Part shown: positions 19,947-31,488 of the stretch, one piece after another
How the letters are laid out: each line of letters starts with the position of its first letter
How positions within the stretch are numbered: the stretch's first letter is position 1
Assembly: GCA_000092065.1 (NCBI GenBank)
Contig: CP000598.1
Source of the DNA: Ostreococcus lucimarinus
Taxonomy: Eukaryota
Strand: one strand, 5' to 3'
DNA length: 64,000 bases
Notes under the pieces: generated by a model
The model's input: the letters and a program-made list of their open reading frames with translations, nothing else
Told to the model about the DNA's origin: nothing
Database searches by the model: none
Program-made: the position numbers and the translations under genes

Positions 19947-21832
19947 ATGGCAAAGGTGAAGATAATGCTAATATTGTCGATGGTGTTGATACTGCGCATG
20001 CCGAGCGCACTCGCAGGCGCACTCACACACGCACTCCTCCGTGTGGGTGGTCCACGTGTAAGGCAAGCTGTCGAAAAAGGGATGAAACAAGGCATTATGG
20101 ATTCGTTTCCAGGAGGCGTCCAGGACCTCCTCGCATACTTGCACCGCCACAGAGAGGACGAAATCAAACAGGAGTTTGGGTGCATGGCGCTCATGATCAT
20201 GTGCCGGGAAAACACTGAGAACAGACGCATCGCCGGAGAGCAGGGCGCGATCCAGGCCGTCGTGAACGCCTTGAACCGCCACAGAGAGAACAAGGAAGTG
20301 CAGAGGGACGGACACATGGCGCTCGTGATCATGTGCGAGGACAACACCGAGAACAGACGCATCGCCGGAGAGCAGGGCGCGATCCAGGCCGTCGTGGACG
20401 CCTTGAACCGCCACAGAGGGAACAGGGAAGTGCAGAGGGACGGACAACTGGCGCTCGCGATCATGTGCAAGGACAACACTGAGAACAGACGCATCGCCGG
20501 AGAGCAGGGCGCGATCCAGACCGTCGTGGACGCCTTGAACCGCCACAGAGGGAACAGGGAAGTGCAGAGGGACGGACAACTGGCGCTCGCGATCATGTGC
20601 AAGGACAACACTGAGAACAGACGCATCGCCGGAGAGCAGGGCGCGATCCAGACCGTCGTGGACGCCTTGAACCGCCACAGAGGGAACAAGGAAGTCCAGG
20701 CGAACGGGCACATGGCGCTCGCGAGCATGTGCATTAACAACACTGAGAACAGACGCATCGTAGACGCGTATGGGCAAACAGTTAGTTATTCTCCACAGCC
20801 TCCATTCGCGCGACCAGAGCGTTGAAGGACAGCGGGCGCAGTGATGATGCGCAAATAAACGCACTGTACGCGATTGCAAACGAGATGGCGCACGCTGTGA
20901 ACATGATCTCGATTCAAGGTGTCGCTGAAGGCCCGGGCGTTGAAGAACGAGTAAAACACACACAAGATTTCCTACAGCAACTTTTGTCGGACGTCGACAT
21001 CAAACTTGAGATCGAAGAAAAGCAAAACGCCGAGGCTCTGCGTGTGGTATTGCGAGTGCACGCGTATGGTCGTGCCATGAAAATTATCGAGGATCACATG
21101 CTAGAATATGCGCGCGCTGAACAAGTGGAGGAGCTGGCCGTGCTCGGACAAGAATCTGCGGCACTGTTAGAAGAACAAAACCTCCTTTCCATGGGTTTTG
21201 GCGTCAAGGAGCTGAATATGTCGATACTGGCAATCGACGCGGAGCATTTCACTGTGCACCTAGAGAAAGCTACTTCCCTGGACGAAGTCGGCAGTGCTGT
21301 GGCCATTCTCAACGCCGTCAATTCCATTGCAGTCCGTCATCTCGAGTGGAGAGATGCGAGCGTTGCAACTTTTAGCCACCTTGAAACCGAAGAGTCCATT
21401 GGTATTGAAGTCAAAATCAACAGGGACGTACTATATTCTGCTGCGATGCTTCTGAAAGATCACGAATCCCAGCTGAACCAAGAACTGGCGAGGCGCGCGC
21501 GCGAATGGAAGCTTCTGTTTAAGAATTTTGGAAAAGTGAAATTCAACCAGACGCTTGAAGAAATGGTTCAGGTGGAGCTCACCTCGCCTGAAGGCGCGGA
21601 CGCTGATTTAACACGCCGTGCTAAAAAATTTGTGGATTGGTGCGTGGAATCTTCACAGCAGCTGAGCCGAGGGGAGTTTAACCAGCGTCTTCCTGGGATT
21701 ACGGAAACGGCATATATCAGCCTAAAATCCCTCGCACAGAAGTCTGCCAGTTCGCTCGTTAAGATCGCACAAAAAACAGCTGCATCGAGGCGTAGCAAAA
21801 CAAAGACGTCAATATTCGGGTTTGCGCGCTAA
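19947..21832 (+). CDS. Armadillo-type repeat protein. Five or more tandem 40-aa units 'NRRIAGEQGAIQAVVDALNRHRGNREVQRDGQLALAIMCKDNTE', then a C-terminal domain paralogous to the C-terminus of the DUF285 giant. The reading frame breaks near 20770-20825, at a junction with a dispersed repeat; possibly a pseudogene or unresolved splice.
   Basis: Track ORFs 19893..20825 and 20822..21832 are in frames +1 apart. No GT..AG interval of plausible size restores the frame (checked candidates are 39, 31 and 26 nt). The junction sequence 'tatgggcaaacagttag..tctcca..gcctccattcgcgcgaccagagcgttga' recurs at 16185-16250. Confidence 0.45.
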
Positions 21833-22161
21833 ATCCGCCAACCGAACGCCAGAATTGTTATGTTACGCTCGATGATAACATGGTTGGGTTGGGGCAAATG
21901 CCCACAAATCAGCGTCAGGCGAAGGAAGACAGGTGCGTCTGCAAATTCCAAATTCTCGGCAGAACAAGTTCGTCGACTGGAAGAGCTCGGCCGGTTTGGA
22001 GACAAACCCGCCATATTGGAAGAGCACTTCGCTGCCTGAGGGTACAGAAGATGTAGCTAATCAGAAGCGTGCGACCGTTAAGACCTTGGGGATTCGACTC
22101 GCTTAAGATTTCGGCACCCTCGCTTAAGATTTCTCCAGAACGAATCGTGTGAGTGAAGTGG

Positions 22162-22659
22162 TCAAGCCAAGCCACGCAACTCATCTACCGTAAATTGATA
22201 CTTGTCGAGACTGCGCTTCGAAGGCAGCGTGCCGCGCGCTCGAGCATTCTTGAGGCACGTCTTACGCAGTATTCTTTTCGCTTGCTGCTTGTAATAACTG
22301 AGTTGTCTGTAGTTACCATCGCCGCCGACCCGCTTCGGCGTATATTGAGCTCTGCTGTAGGCCGGACTCCCGTCCACGTTCTCGTGGCACGCGTGTTTCT
22401 GGCTGCGTCCAGCAACTCGGGAGTTGAATAAGCCGTCGCGCTTCTCTCTCATGTAGGCACTTTTACGTTGATGGAGCTCTCCAGCTGGAATGTCCTTTTC
22501 GAGAACTCTCACGTCCGCGTCGCCAAACTTGAAGATTGGATGTCGTGCGTATTTATGCGAGGCAAGGCGCGCTCTGAGCGAACCTGTCGTCGATCCGATG
22601 TACGTCTTGTTACATTTCGCATTATCGCTAAACATTTCGTACACGCATCCCGACGGCAT
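22162..22659 (-). CDS. GIY-YIG family endonuclease, second copy.
   Basis: Near-identical to 10228..10725, with a few substitutions (for example D/N, T/K). Confidence 0.7.
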   Translation of the reverse strand: MPSGCVYEMFSDNAKCNKTYIGSTTGSLRARLASHKYARHPIFKFGDADVRVLEKDIPAGELHQRKSAYMREKRDGLFNSRVAGRSQKHACHENVDGSPAYSRAQYTPKRVGGDGNYRQLSYYKQQAKRILRKTCLKNARARGTLPSKRSLDKYQFTVDELRGLA

Positions 22660-23092
22660 TTGTCCTGATTACCTATCCATCCCTAAGAAAATATTGTTGC
22701 CAAAAGTGCTCCTCCTGTGGTTTGCAGTCACATTCGAGAGACCATAGGTACTCGTGTCGCTGCGTGGGGTGCAAGGTCCGGGGTGTAGATATCGAACCGC
22801 CTGATTTCACACCTGGACGTTCGTGATCCGACGAGACCTGACGAAATGACGAACTTGTTTTGTCGTCCCCAAATTCGTCAGCCCGTCGTTCGGTCACACT
22901 TTGTGTGTACCAATGATGAAAATGACGAAATGTTAAAATATTTTAATGTTTATTTTTATTTTAGATCTATGACAAGCAACAGTGTAGACCTTTATGAAAA
23001 CAGTTCGTCATTCGTCATTTCGTCAGGATCCAAACCATGGTCTTTTCGGTGTCTTGTTGAGTCTTCATATTGCAAATGTACGAATCACAAAA

Positions 23093-23668
23093 TTAGTATG
23101 AACACCAGACGACCGCCGGCGCGAGCTCCGTCTCCCCCGTGTACCCATTGTTCTTCAGCCACTCGAAGCACCCGTCGCGGTCAATTTCCCAATAGACGCC
23201 CTTCTCGTCCCTACCTTGCCTCAGGTGGTCCTCTTCCATTGGGATCCTGTGGCCCTTTTCCTTCTTGAAGAAGTCCTTGAGCTTATTGCCGACCTTCGTC
23301 GCGCTATCTTGGCCACGCGCAGCCGCTGGCAACCACGCCTGGTATTCGATGAAGATGTCACTGTTGCGGATTTTATTTCCAACCCACTTCTCAGGGAATT
23401 CAACAGTGACGCAATGCTCAAACCATCGAGTGAACTTGGGCATGCATCCACGCTTCATTTCCGAATACGCGTCGGTCGTAGGTCTCGTGCGCTCCACATG
23501 ATAACCGGTACGGAGAAGTTTATATTTATTAATTAAAGACTCGCGCGTGTTGGCGCTAAATGATTTTATTGCTGCCGAGAGACTCAAGTTTGGCCGTCGT
23601 TTGAGTCGCATCGATGGGTCGCGCCCGCCGATATAACGCCGGCGTTTCGGACACGATCTTGAAAACAA
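23093..23668 (-). CDS. Hypothetical protein (191 aa), second copy.
   Basis: Identical to 11151..11726 except T/A at one residue. Confidence 0.45.
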   Translation of the reverse strand: MFSRSCPKRRRYIGGRDPSMRLKRRPNLSLSAAIKSFSANTRESLINKYKLLRTGYHVERTRPTTDAYSEMKRGCMPKFTRWFEHCVTVEFPEKWVGNKIRNSDIFIEYQAWLPAAARGQDSATKVGNKLKDFFKKEKGHRIPMEEDHLRQGRDEKGVYWEIDRDGCFEWLKNNGYTGETELAPAVVWCSY

Positions 23669-23688
23669 GCACTGGTTGACTTGATTGA

Positions 23689-26220
23689 TTAGGAAACCTT
23701 ATCCGTGCCTTTTACGCTGAGCCCGGTCATGGACGGCTTCGTCGGCATGGTGAACGCGGTGTAGTCCGCCGCCGTGGGCACCGTGATGCTCGTGTCGTAC
23801 GACATCCCGGAGCACGCCGACGCATCGGCGGGAGCAAGCATTTCGACACCACTTTCGAGTTTCAAGACGTACCGGTCGCCAGTCGATGGTTGTTTGAACG
23901 TGGTGCCATCGGGGATCAGGACATCCGGACGGCGATGGTAACCATTGTTGTCGTCGCACTCCTCGTTGCCATACTGGTCGACCTCGGGCGCCGCGCGCGA
24001 ACCAGTCATCGGATTGAAGCAAATGAACGGCGCGTCGCCCAACCAACCGCCTTCGTAACGCACGTTGAGATTCACCCCGGAGTAGTCGGTACCGGATGGA
24101 GAGCGCAGCAACACGGCGTCCGTGGGTATCTTGCCTTGAAGCTGGAGAGGCGCATCCATGAACTTCTTTGACGCGGAGTCCGAAGGATCTTCGAGCCACG
24201 CCATGCCCTCCCAATTGCTTGAGCTCCACTCGTAGTGCACATCCAATTTGTTGGGTTCCTCGCAAACGTCGGTAGTGGCGGTGCAACTCAAAGTGTCGAG
24301 GTTCGCAGGTGTAGCTTCGAAGAGAACCATATGAACTTCTCCCGAGTCAAAGAATGAGTTGGTTGGGTCCATTACGACTTCAGCGCCGAGGGTGCCGGAA
24401 ACGTCTTCCTTCAACGAGCCGGTATCTTTGTCGAAGACGTACTTTTTATAAGTGCTTCGAGCGTCGTTGTATCCGTTCGGCGAGCCGTAGAACTGGCTGT
24501 CGTGACTGCTCGCACTCGATAGCTTCGTCTGGTCGATACACCGCTCGCCGCACGTGAGTGCGAGGTGGCTGCTGAGCGACCCAGGGGGGACGGTTTGCGC
24601 GTCAGACACTTTGAAGTGCGTCAGGTTAAGCAAACTCGCAGAGCCTCGGCCGAAGATGCTTCCCCAGCAGCGTATGATTTGGTTGTCAATGTCAGCCATC
24701 GTGAGCGCACGCGGAGTCGTGATTGAGTTCGTGTTCAGCGATCCACCGTTCCAAGTTCGCTTCGACGACAACACGAGTGCGTTCGCGTCGGAGTCATACC
24801 TGAACTTGACCTCAACTTCTGCAGCGTTAGTGTCATCCCAGAACCAGCCTGTGATCGTCGCCCCTTGGTAGTCGCTTGCGCTTCGCACCGTCGCCGTGAA
24901 CTTGTACAACACCCCGCGTGAGACTTTGAGCCTCTTGTTCACGTTCAGTATCGGATCATCCCAATCGACAATTTCCTCTACTACGTTCCCGTCGGTGAAC
25001 GCGGTTTGAGCGATAGTCTTCTCGGCGGTACTGAGCGCGGTGTCGGAAATGTAGTCGTAATCGGAAATGTAGAGATTGCCCGGATAGTGCAGATCAGCAT
25101 TATACGTCTTGCCGTCGCTGCCTGTAGCCTGAAGATGCACGTAGCTTTGAAGGTTCACCTTCGCCCCGTTGCTGTCGTACGCGCCGTAGCGCTCACCGAA
25201 GAACGATCTGTTCTCGAGTTCATCGCAGAATGACTGCCCGTACGCCTTCGTCTTGACGAGCGTAGCGGTAGTCACCAATTGACCCGCTTGTGTCGAACCA
25301 TTATCAAAGTCGATGGTCTGGAAAGAGGCCTTCGTGATGTCGTTTTCTGCGCGCGATTTAGCACCCGCGGTGAATGAATTGCTGCCTCGTGTCACCTCTT
25401 CCCACCACGTGACCCCGGTCGCCGTGCAATCCGAATCCGCGTCGGTGGTTTCGCACTCGCGACGAACCACACCTTTGATGCGTTGGGACGCGGTCGAGCC
25501 AGTCGGCGATTGGTACGTAAAGGTAAAGTTTTTCACCAAGATTTTGTCAGACTTGATGGCGACGTCATCGCGCTTGACGATCATTTCCGTGTCGATGTTC
25601 GGCATTTCTGGGGTATCGCTGAGGGCTACCCAGACGTTCGTCTTGAAATCACGGGTATCGCTCGCGTCGTCGATGTCTGGGCCCGTGGCGTTGACGACCC
25701 AACGGTACGTAACCTTACCCTTGATTCGGTCGCCGTCGCTGTTGTCACAGTGGAAAGGATCGATCTCAGCGATGTATGGGCCAGTGTTCAGGTTCGCCGT
25801 CCAGTTCACCGAGGCGACGTAGCAAAGAACCATGTTTGGTATCTGGAAAATTTCGGTACTTACAGCGTCGACGAACGTCTCCGCCGGCGGCGCCGTGGCG
25901 TAGTCGGACGTCGAAGAGAACGAAGACACTTCGAGAGGCGTCACCTCGACGAGCGAACGACCATCGATTCGAGACGAACCAGAAGACGTCGTCGAAACAC
26001 CCTCTGACGGGATCATGGTGACTTTACGCGGCGTCAACGCCGCCTTGAGCGCGTTCGTCTTCGCCGCGCCCGACAGCCCGCTGACGGTGGTCGGGGTCGG
26101 GGCCGGGGCCGGGGCCGGGGTCGCGTCGTCATCCCTGAGCCCGATGCCGAGGCCGGTGCCAAGGGCGACCACCACGGCGGCGACACCAACGATCGCGATC
26201 GCAACGCCACGTCTCACCAT
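23689..26220 (-). CDS. Secreted or membrane-anchored hypothetical protein (843 aa), second copy.
   Basis: Identical to 11747..14272 except PAPAPAPTPT vs PAPAPTPT. Confidence 0.6.
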   Translation of the reverse strand: MVRRGVAIAIVGVAAVVVALGTGLGIGLRDDDATPAPAPAPTPTTVSGLSGAAKTNALKAALTPRKVTMIPSEGVSTTSSGSSRIDGRSLVEVTPLEVSSFSSTSDYATAPPAETFVDAVSTEIFQIPNMVLCYVASVNWTANLNTGPYIAEIDPFHCDNSDGDRIKGKVTYRWVVNATGPDIDDASDTRDFKTNVWVALSDTPEMPNIDTEMIVKRDDVAIKSDKILVKNFTFTYQSPTGSTASQRIKGVVRRECETTDADSDCTATGVTWWEEVTRGSNSFTAGAKSRAENDITKASFQTIDFDNGSTQAGQLVTTATLVKTKAYGQSFCDELENRSFFGERYGAYDSNGAKVNLQSYVHLQATGSDGKTYNADLHYPGNLYISDYDYISDTALSTAEKTIAQTAFTDGNVVEEIVDWDDPILNVNKRLKVSRGVLYKFTATVRSASDYQGATITGWFWDDTNAAEVEVKFRYDSDANALVLSSKRTWNGGSLNTNSITTPRALTMADIDNQIIRCWGSIFGRGSASLLNLTHFKVSDAQTVPPGSLSSHLALTCGERCIDQTKLSSASSHDSQFYGSPNGYNDARSTYKKYVFDKDTGSLKEDVSGTLGAEVVMDPTNSFFDSGEVHMVLFEATPANLDTLSCTATTDVCEEPNKLDVHYEWSSSNWEGMAWLEDPSDSASKKFMDAPLQLQGKIPTDAVLLRSPSGTDYSGVNLNVRYEGGWLGDAPFICFNPMTGSRAAPEVDQYGNEECDDNNGYHRRPDVLIPDGTTFKQPSTGDRYVLKLESGVEMLAPADASACSGMSYDTSITVPTAADYTAFTMPTKPSMTGLSVKGTDKVS

Positions 26221-27354
26221 CGTCGCGCGTTGAAATGCGGCGACGACAAGTGGCGACGGTGACGCGATCTGCCCGCACGCAATTCAATTCCTTCGGGTCA
26301 CCTTATCTTTTGGAGCCCCGGAGATGCGACTGTTTACCAATACGATGGTTCCCTTTTTTCGGTCGCGAAAGCGCGCGGTCGCCGGGTCAACCAACACCTT
26401 CATCTCCGGGGGGGATCGGAGATTGTTTTTTACGGTCGCGCGCGCGGTCGCCGCGGACGCCCCCGCCCTCGTCGACGCCGCGCTGACTGTCGCGCGCTGA
26501 CTGACACGCGCTGACCGACGCGCGCGCGATCGAACGCCGCGAGTGGGGAAAGGCGAACGCGCGACGTCGTCGCGCGCGCCCCCGCGCGTCCCGGACCGAA
26601 CCGCGCGTCGTCGTCGTCGCCGTCGCCGTCGCGCGCGTACGCTTCGGACCGCGAAAATCGTTTTTCGTCGCGGGGGGACTGCGGTGCGGGTCGTCTCACA
26701 CTTCGGGACGCCGACGATGGTGTCGTCCGGCGACGCCGACGTCGACGACGCGGTCGAACGACGCCATCGGCGCGGTCGCGGTCGCGCCGTTCGCGATCTT
26801 CTGCCGTCGTCCTCGGCGGCGCGCGCGAACACCGTCCCGCCGTTTGAAGCAACCGGTCGAGGCGCGCTCCCGAGGTGGTTTTGCAAGAGCTGTCGGAAAG
26901 CGCTCGACGTGTTTCGTGATTTCGACGGGGAGCTGAAGACGTGTCGACTGTGTTTGCGCGCGCGCAAGAAAGACGCGAAACGCAAACGCGCGCTACGGCG
27001 GGCGGACGCGAAAAGGTCGGGCGACGGCGACGGTAAAAAAGGCGCGGCTTCGTAGAGAAGCCGAACGCAGGGAACGACGACGAGTCGCGGATGCGCGCGA
27101 AACGATCGATCTTTGATTCGACACGCCTTCGGTATAGTAGTGTGTTTTGCTCTGTAGCCTCGCGTGTTGTAACTACCGTTGTACATTTACATCAATGCGT
27201 CGTCGCGTTCGCGGCGATTTTACGTCGTCGTTCGTTCGCGACGCTTCGTTGGACATGGCGCTTCGACACAGAAGAATCCGACGCGCGCACAGTCCGTGGT
27301 GTCGCGCGCACGTCATCGCACACGTCTCATTTCTTATTTCTCCGCTCCAACTCG

Positions 27355-27990
27355 CTATCCTTCTGTCATAAAGCACACCCGGTCCGCGTCCGGGACGACG
27401 TCCTTCTCGTACTCGACGTTCGCGCAGTACATGTGTATTCGAAACAGCGCGCACCCCGTGCCGCACATGCCCGCGTGCACGTGATCGCCTCGAAAAAATA
27501 CGACGGCGCCGTTCGGCACGGGCACGAAGTCCGTTGCCTTGGTCGCGTTCATGGGTATCGGCTTCGACACGATCATCGAGATCTGCTTATGGTCGGAACA
27601 CTTTCGACCGTCGAGATCCGTGTGCCAGTCTTGGCGCTTCGTCTTGCTCTCGCCCTTCGGGGAGTGGCAATAGATGACGCTCGCGCCGCGTCGGTCGCCG
27701 CTCTCCTTCAACCCGCTCAAGAGCCACCCCTTGCGCGACGCCCGCGCGCTTCAGCGCGGCGCCGCAGTACGGATGGAACCGACGCGAGGTCTCGGGCGCT
27801 TCCCCGCGCGCGTTCACGACGTGCGTCCAGCGACTCTTCGTCCACGCCCCGCCCTTCGCTTCGCGCGCGTCGGTCGAGGGTTGGCGTCGATGATTTCTCG
27901 ACGGATCGTCTTCATCCGTGCGTCCGTGAGGCACCGCTCGAACACGGCGTAGCGCTCTTTGGACGGATCGAACATGGCCGCGCCGTGTGA
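27355..27990 (-). CDS. 2OG-Fe(II) oxygenase, phytanoyl-CoA dioxygenase (PhyH)-like, apparently split over two or more frames (introns or frameshift). The C-terminal exon at 27355..27720 is clear.
   Basis: 'WHTDLD' (HxD) ... 'VPVPNGAVVFFRGDHVHAG' (distal His) in ORF 27355..27720. A PhyH-like N-terminal stretch 'MFDPSKERYAVFERCLTDARMKTIRREIIDANP' lies in another frame at about 27890-27990. Confidence 0.4.
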
Positions 27991-28344
27991 GGTGCACTGT
28001 TTCCCCTTGATCTCCGCCGCGCTCGCTCCCGCCGCGCGCGCGTGTCCAGACCCACGGCGTACGCGAGACGGCGCGTCGTCGCCGCGCTCGTCGGCTTCCA
28101 CGCGTTCGGGAACCTGACGTGTTTGGGTAACCCACGAACGGCGCGCGCGGCGAGCGCCTCCAGGCGCGCGCGCCGCGCGGGAACTCTTCACCGTGCGCGC
28201 GTTTCCACTCGGCGAACACGCCGAGGGCGAGCGCGACTACGCGTCGACGGTGCGTTCCGCGAGTTCGCACCCGCGCCGGCGACGCCTGATCGTCTCGGCG
28301 CGCGATCGTCGCGGCATGGGACGCGTTGGAGGGCGGGGGTCGGG

Positions 28345-28425
28345 ACGCGTCGCGGTTTCCCGCGCCGCGCGTCGCGCGTCGTCGGGTGCTGCGGGGACCG
28401 ACCCCGCGGTTTTGTGCGAAATGAA
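28345..28425. repeat. About 85-bp GC-rich dispersed repeat, copy 2 (see 797-880).
   Basis: Direct alignment. Confidence 0.7.
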
Positions 28426-28914
28426 ATCGTTCGTCTAACCGTACTGCTGCGAGTAGTCTCGGTCGTTCAAGTAAAGGTGGCGCGCCCAGTGCTGGTCGGC
28501 CGGAAACACCACGCGCGAGGGGAGGGGCGGCTGAAAATTCGGTTTCTGAGGTATTCTCGAGCGCGTGGTTGTCCCTCCCGAGCGCGCGTTTCGCCGTGGA
28601 ATCGTCCTTCGTCGAGTGCTCGTCGAAGCGTGACTCACCGTCGTCCGCTGACGTGGCGTCACGAGTCGATACGCGATTTCGCGGGTCACTCTCCCCGATT
28701 CGTGAACCGCCAAACGTAAATTAATATCTTTGCGCGCGAAAAAAGATCTTTTGACAGCTGTCAAAAAGCCGTTCGAATGCGCGAACGCTCGAATGGCGCC
28801 GCGCCAGCAGTTCGCCGCGCGCGCGACGAGGCGACGAGTCGATCGACCCGATTCATTGATTTCCAAACATCTTTGATTCGCGATAAAACGCTCGCTCGCT
28901 CGCTCGCTCGCGCC

Positions 28915-31488
28915 ATGAGTGAACCTACGGAAACGAAAACGGCGGACCCGTTGAATTGGAAGAATGAGGAAAACGTCAAGCGCTTCGTTCGACCGAGTCG
29001 CTGGTTGTCTCTCGATATCGCGGGCTACCCGGTGCGTGACACATTTCTGTCGATCGAATTTCGCTCGCGCGTCCTGCGCGAAGCGCGCGCGTAGGACGCG
29101 TTTGGGTCGAATGCACCGCGGCCCGATTTTCGAAATTATTTCGCGCGCGATGACACCTTCGTCACGAGTATCGTCGCTTCTGGCGACGTGCGCGCGCAAA
29201 GACAACGAACTGGCAAATACAAAATCCATCATCGACTGACTCGCGAATCCCGCGCGACGTAGATGTTGCGCATCAACTGGGTCTCCGCCGCGCTCGCGTC
29301 CTCCCTGCTCTGGGGCTTCATCATCTGGGTGCTCGTCGACGAGACGGGATCGTCAAGCGAAGTGACGCGTTGGACGAAGTGGATCACGAGTAACTTTACG
29401 TGGCTGTACGTCGTCACGCAGGATGTCTGGTTTATCTTCATCTTGTATCTTTTGGGTACAAAGTACAAAGACGTGAAACTCGGTCGCGACGACGAAGAAC
29501 CCGCCTTTGACTATTACGAATGGTTTTCCATGATGTTTGCGTGCGGTATCGGCGTTGGTCTGTACACTTTCAGCGTCATGGAACCCATCAGCTACTACCG
29601 CGGCGTCGTGTCAAAGCTTCCGATCGTCAACGACGATCAGCGCGCGCAGCAGGCGATCACGCTCACGCTCTTCCACTGGGGCCTTCACGGTTGGATTCCG
29701 TACGTCCTCGTCGCGATGACTTTGGGCGTCGTGTGCTACCGTCACGGACGTCCGATGACTATCCGCTCCGCGTTTTATCCGCTCTTCGGCGAAAATATCA
29801 ACGGTCTCTTCGGCGACGCGATCGACGCGTTGTCCATCGCGACGACGACGTTCGGCGTGTGCACGTCCCTCGGGCTCGGCGTCACGACGATCGCGTCTAC
29901 GATGAACCGCTTGAACAGCGATGTGGATCCAAACGATGACGCCACCAAGATCCTAATCATCTGGTTGATCACTGCCGTCGCATGTACGTCGGTCATTTTG
30001 GGTTTGAAGAACGGCATCAGAAGGCTTTCCAAGATTACGTTCTCCATCGGTCTCATCTTGCTCTTTGGAATCATCGTCGCGGACAACCCTTGGTTCTTAC
30101 TCAACTCTTTCGTGCAATCGATGGGTCATTACGTGCAATGGGTCACGCAGCTCGGCTGGGACACGGACACGTGGCCCGCGTCCGAAGCCATCATGCGCGA
30201 CACGGGCGCTTGGCACTACCTCGCTTGGGGCGCCAAGGGTGAGAGCGATGCGATCGCGCGGACGCTTTCGACGCGTGGCGCCACCGCCCTGACCGACACT
30301 GAGCTTAACACCATGTGGGGCGTGCGAACCGACGACGGTTTCATGAACACGTGGACCCTCTTCTATTGGGGGTGGTGGATTTCGTGGGCCCCGTTCGTCG
30401 GCATGTTCATCGCCAGGATCTCGCGTGGTAGAACCGTCGGTGAAGTCATCAAGGGTGCATTCATCGCGCCTATTTTGTTTGGTTTCTTTTACCTCACCGT
30501 TTTGGGCTCCCTCGGAATCAAAATGGAGCGCATCGCCGAGCTCGCGTTGACGACGGCGCCGGCGGACGTCGACTGGCGAAGCGGCGACGTCAAGTGCACC
30601 ACCCTCGGGTACGCCGCTGACGGGACGCCGACCACCGCCGGATCGATTCAGCTCGCGAAAGAGGGCTACTACGCTCTGTCGTGCCGTCCGACATCGTCGC
30701 ACATCCTTGACATCGTTGAGCCTTACGGCAAATTATCGACGCTCTTTCAAGCGATGATTCTCATCGCCATCATCCTGTACTTTATCACGTCGTCGGATTC
30801 TGGATCGTACGTCGACGACTTGATCTCCGCCATGGGCTACGAAAATCCGCCAGTGTTGCAAAAGGTTTACTGGGCGTGCACCGAAGGCGCGCTCGCGCAA
30901 GCTTTGGTGACTTCCGGCGGCTTGAAAGTGGTGCAAGGCGTCTCCATCGTCTGCGGTTTGCCGTTTACGTTTGCTCTCAACTTTATGGTCGTCTCTCTCT
31001 GGCGCGCGCTGAAGGATGAATTCAACGACGAGGCGCAACAAAAAACTCGCAAGGGGTTCAATACGTGCATGCTGGACGTCCTCGAAGGGTACGAGCCGGA
31101 AACCGCAGGCGCGAACGCGCCGGATCGCAAAACGCGCGTCGTCGCCGCATTGAAAAATTTCATCTACCCGTTCGACGCGATTCGCAAGGCGAAGATCGCC
31201 GTGGGGACGGATGAAAAATTTGCCTCCATCAACGCCGCCGTGGTCACTGGCGTGCTGTGGACTGCGATCGGTCTCCTCGCGTCCACGAAAGCCGGCGCGG
31301 GCGCGCACTCCGTGGCGTGGCTCTTCTACCTCATCTTGATTTTCTGCATCGCGAACATTCGCCGAGAAGTTCGCGCGTCCAGAAACATTCTCGGTAACAT
31401 CATGGAGGATTACACCGCCGCTGCTTTGTATCCGCTCGCGCTCGCGCAGATGGAACACGAGGCTGAATCCGACCCGAAGCTGGCGTAG
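28915..31488 (+). CDS. BCCT-family (betaine/carnitine/choline) transporter, about 780 aa. Exon 1 is 28915..29031 (MSEPTETKTADPLNWKNEENVKRFVRPSRWLSLDIAGYP), intron 29032..29262 (GTGCGT...AG), exon 2 is 29263..31488.
   Basis: Exon 2 carries the BCCT signature region 'WFSMMFACGIGVGLYTFSVMEPISYY' and 12 hydrophobic segments. Exon 1 ends in phase 0 at a GTGCGT donor, and the AG acceptor immediately precedes the in-frame exon 2. A (CTCG)n microsatellite (28891-28913) sits just 5' of the ATG. Confidence 0.65.

Larger units (their letters stand above)
22122..26347 (-). repeat. 4.2-kb duplicated block, copy B (see 10190-14403).
   Basis: As for copy A. Preceded by a diverged copy (21890-22110, about 75% identical) of the leader region that precedes R1 and copy A (9480-9700). 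Confidence 0.8.

Noticed and set aside
26543-27055. 170-aa ORF with 'FCKSCRKAL...CRLCL' that looks like a small C4 zinc ribbon.
   Set aside because: It is embedded in a poly-Arg low-complexity GC-rich frame with no supporting start context. A real small zinc-ribbon gene cannot be excluded, but evidence is insufficient.
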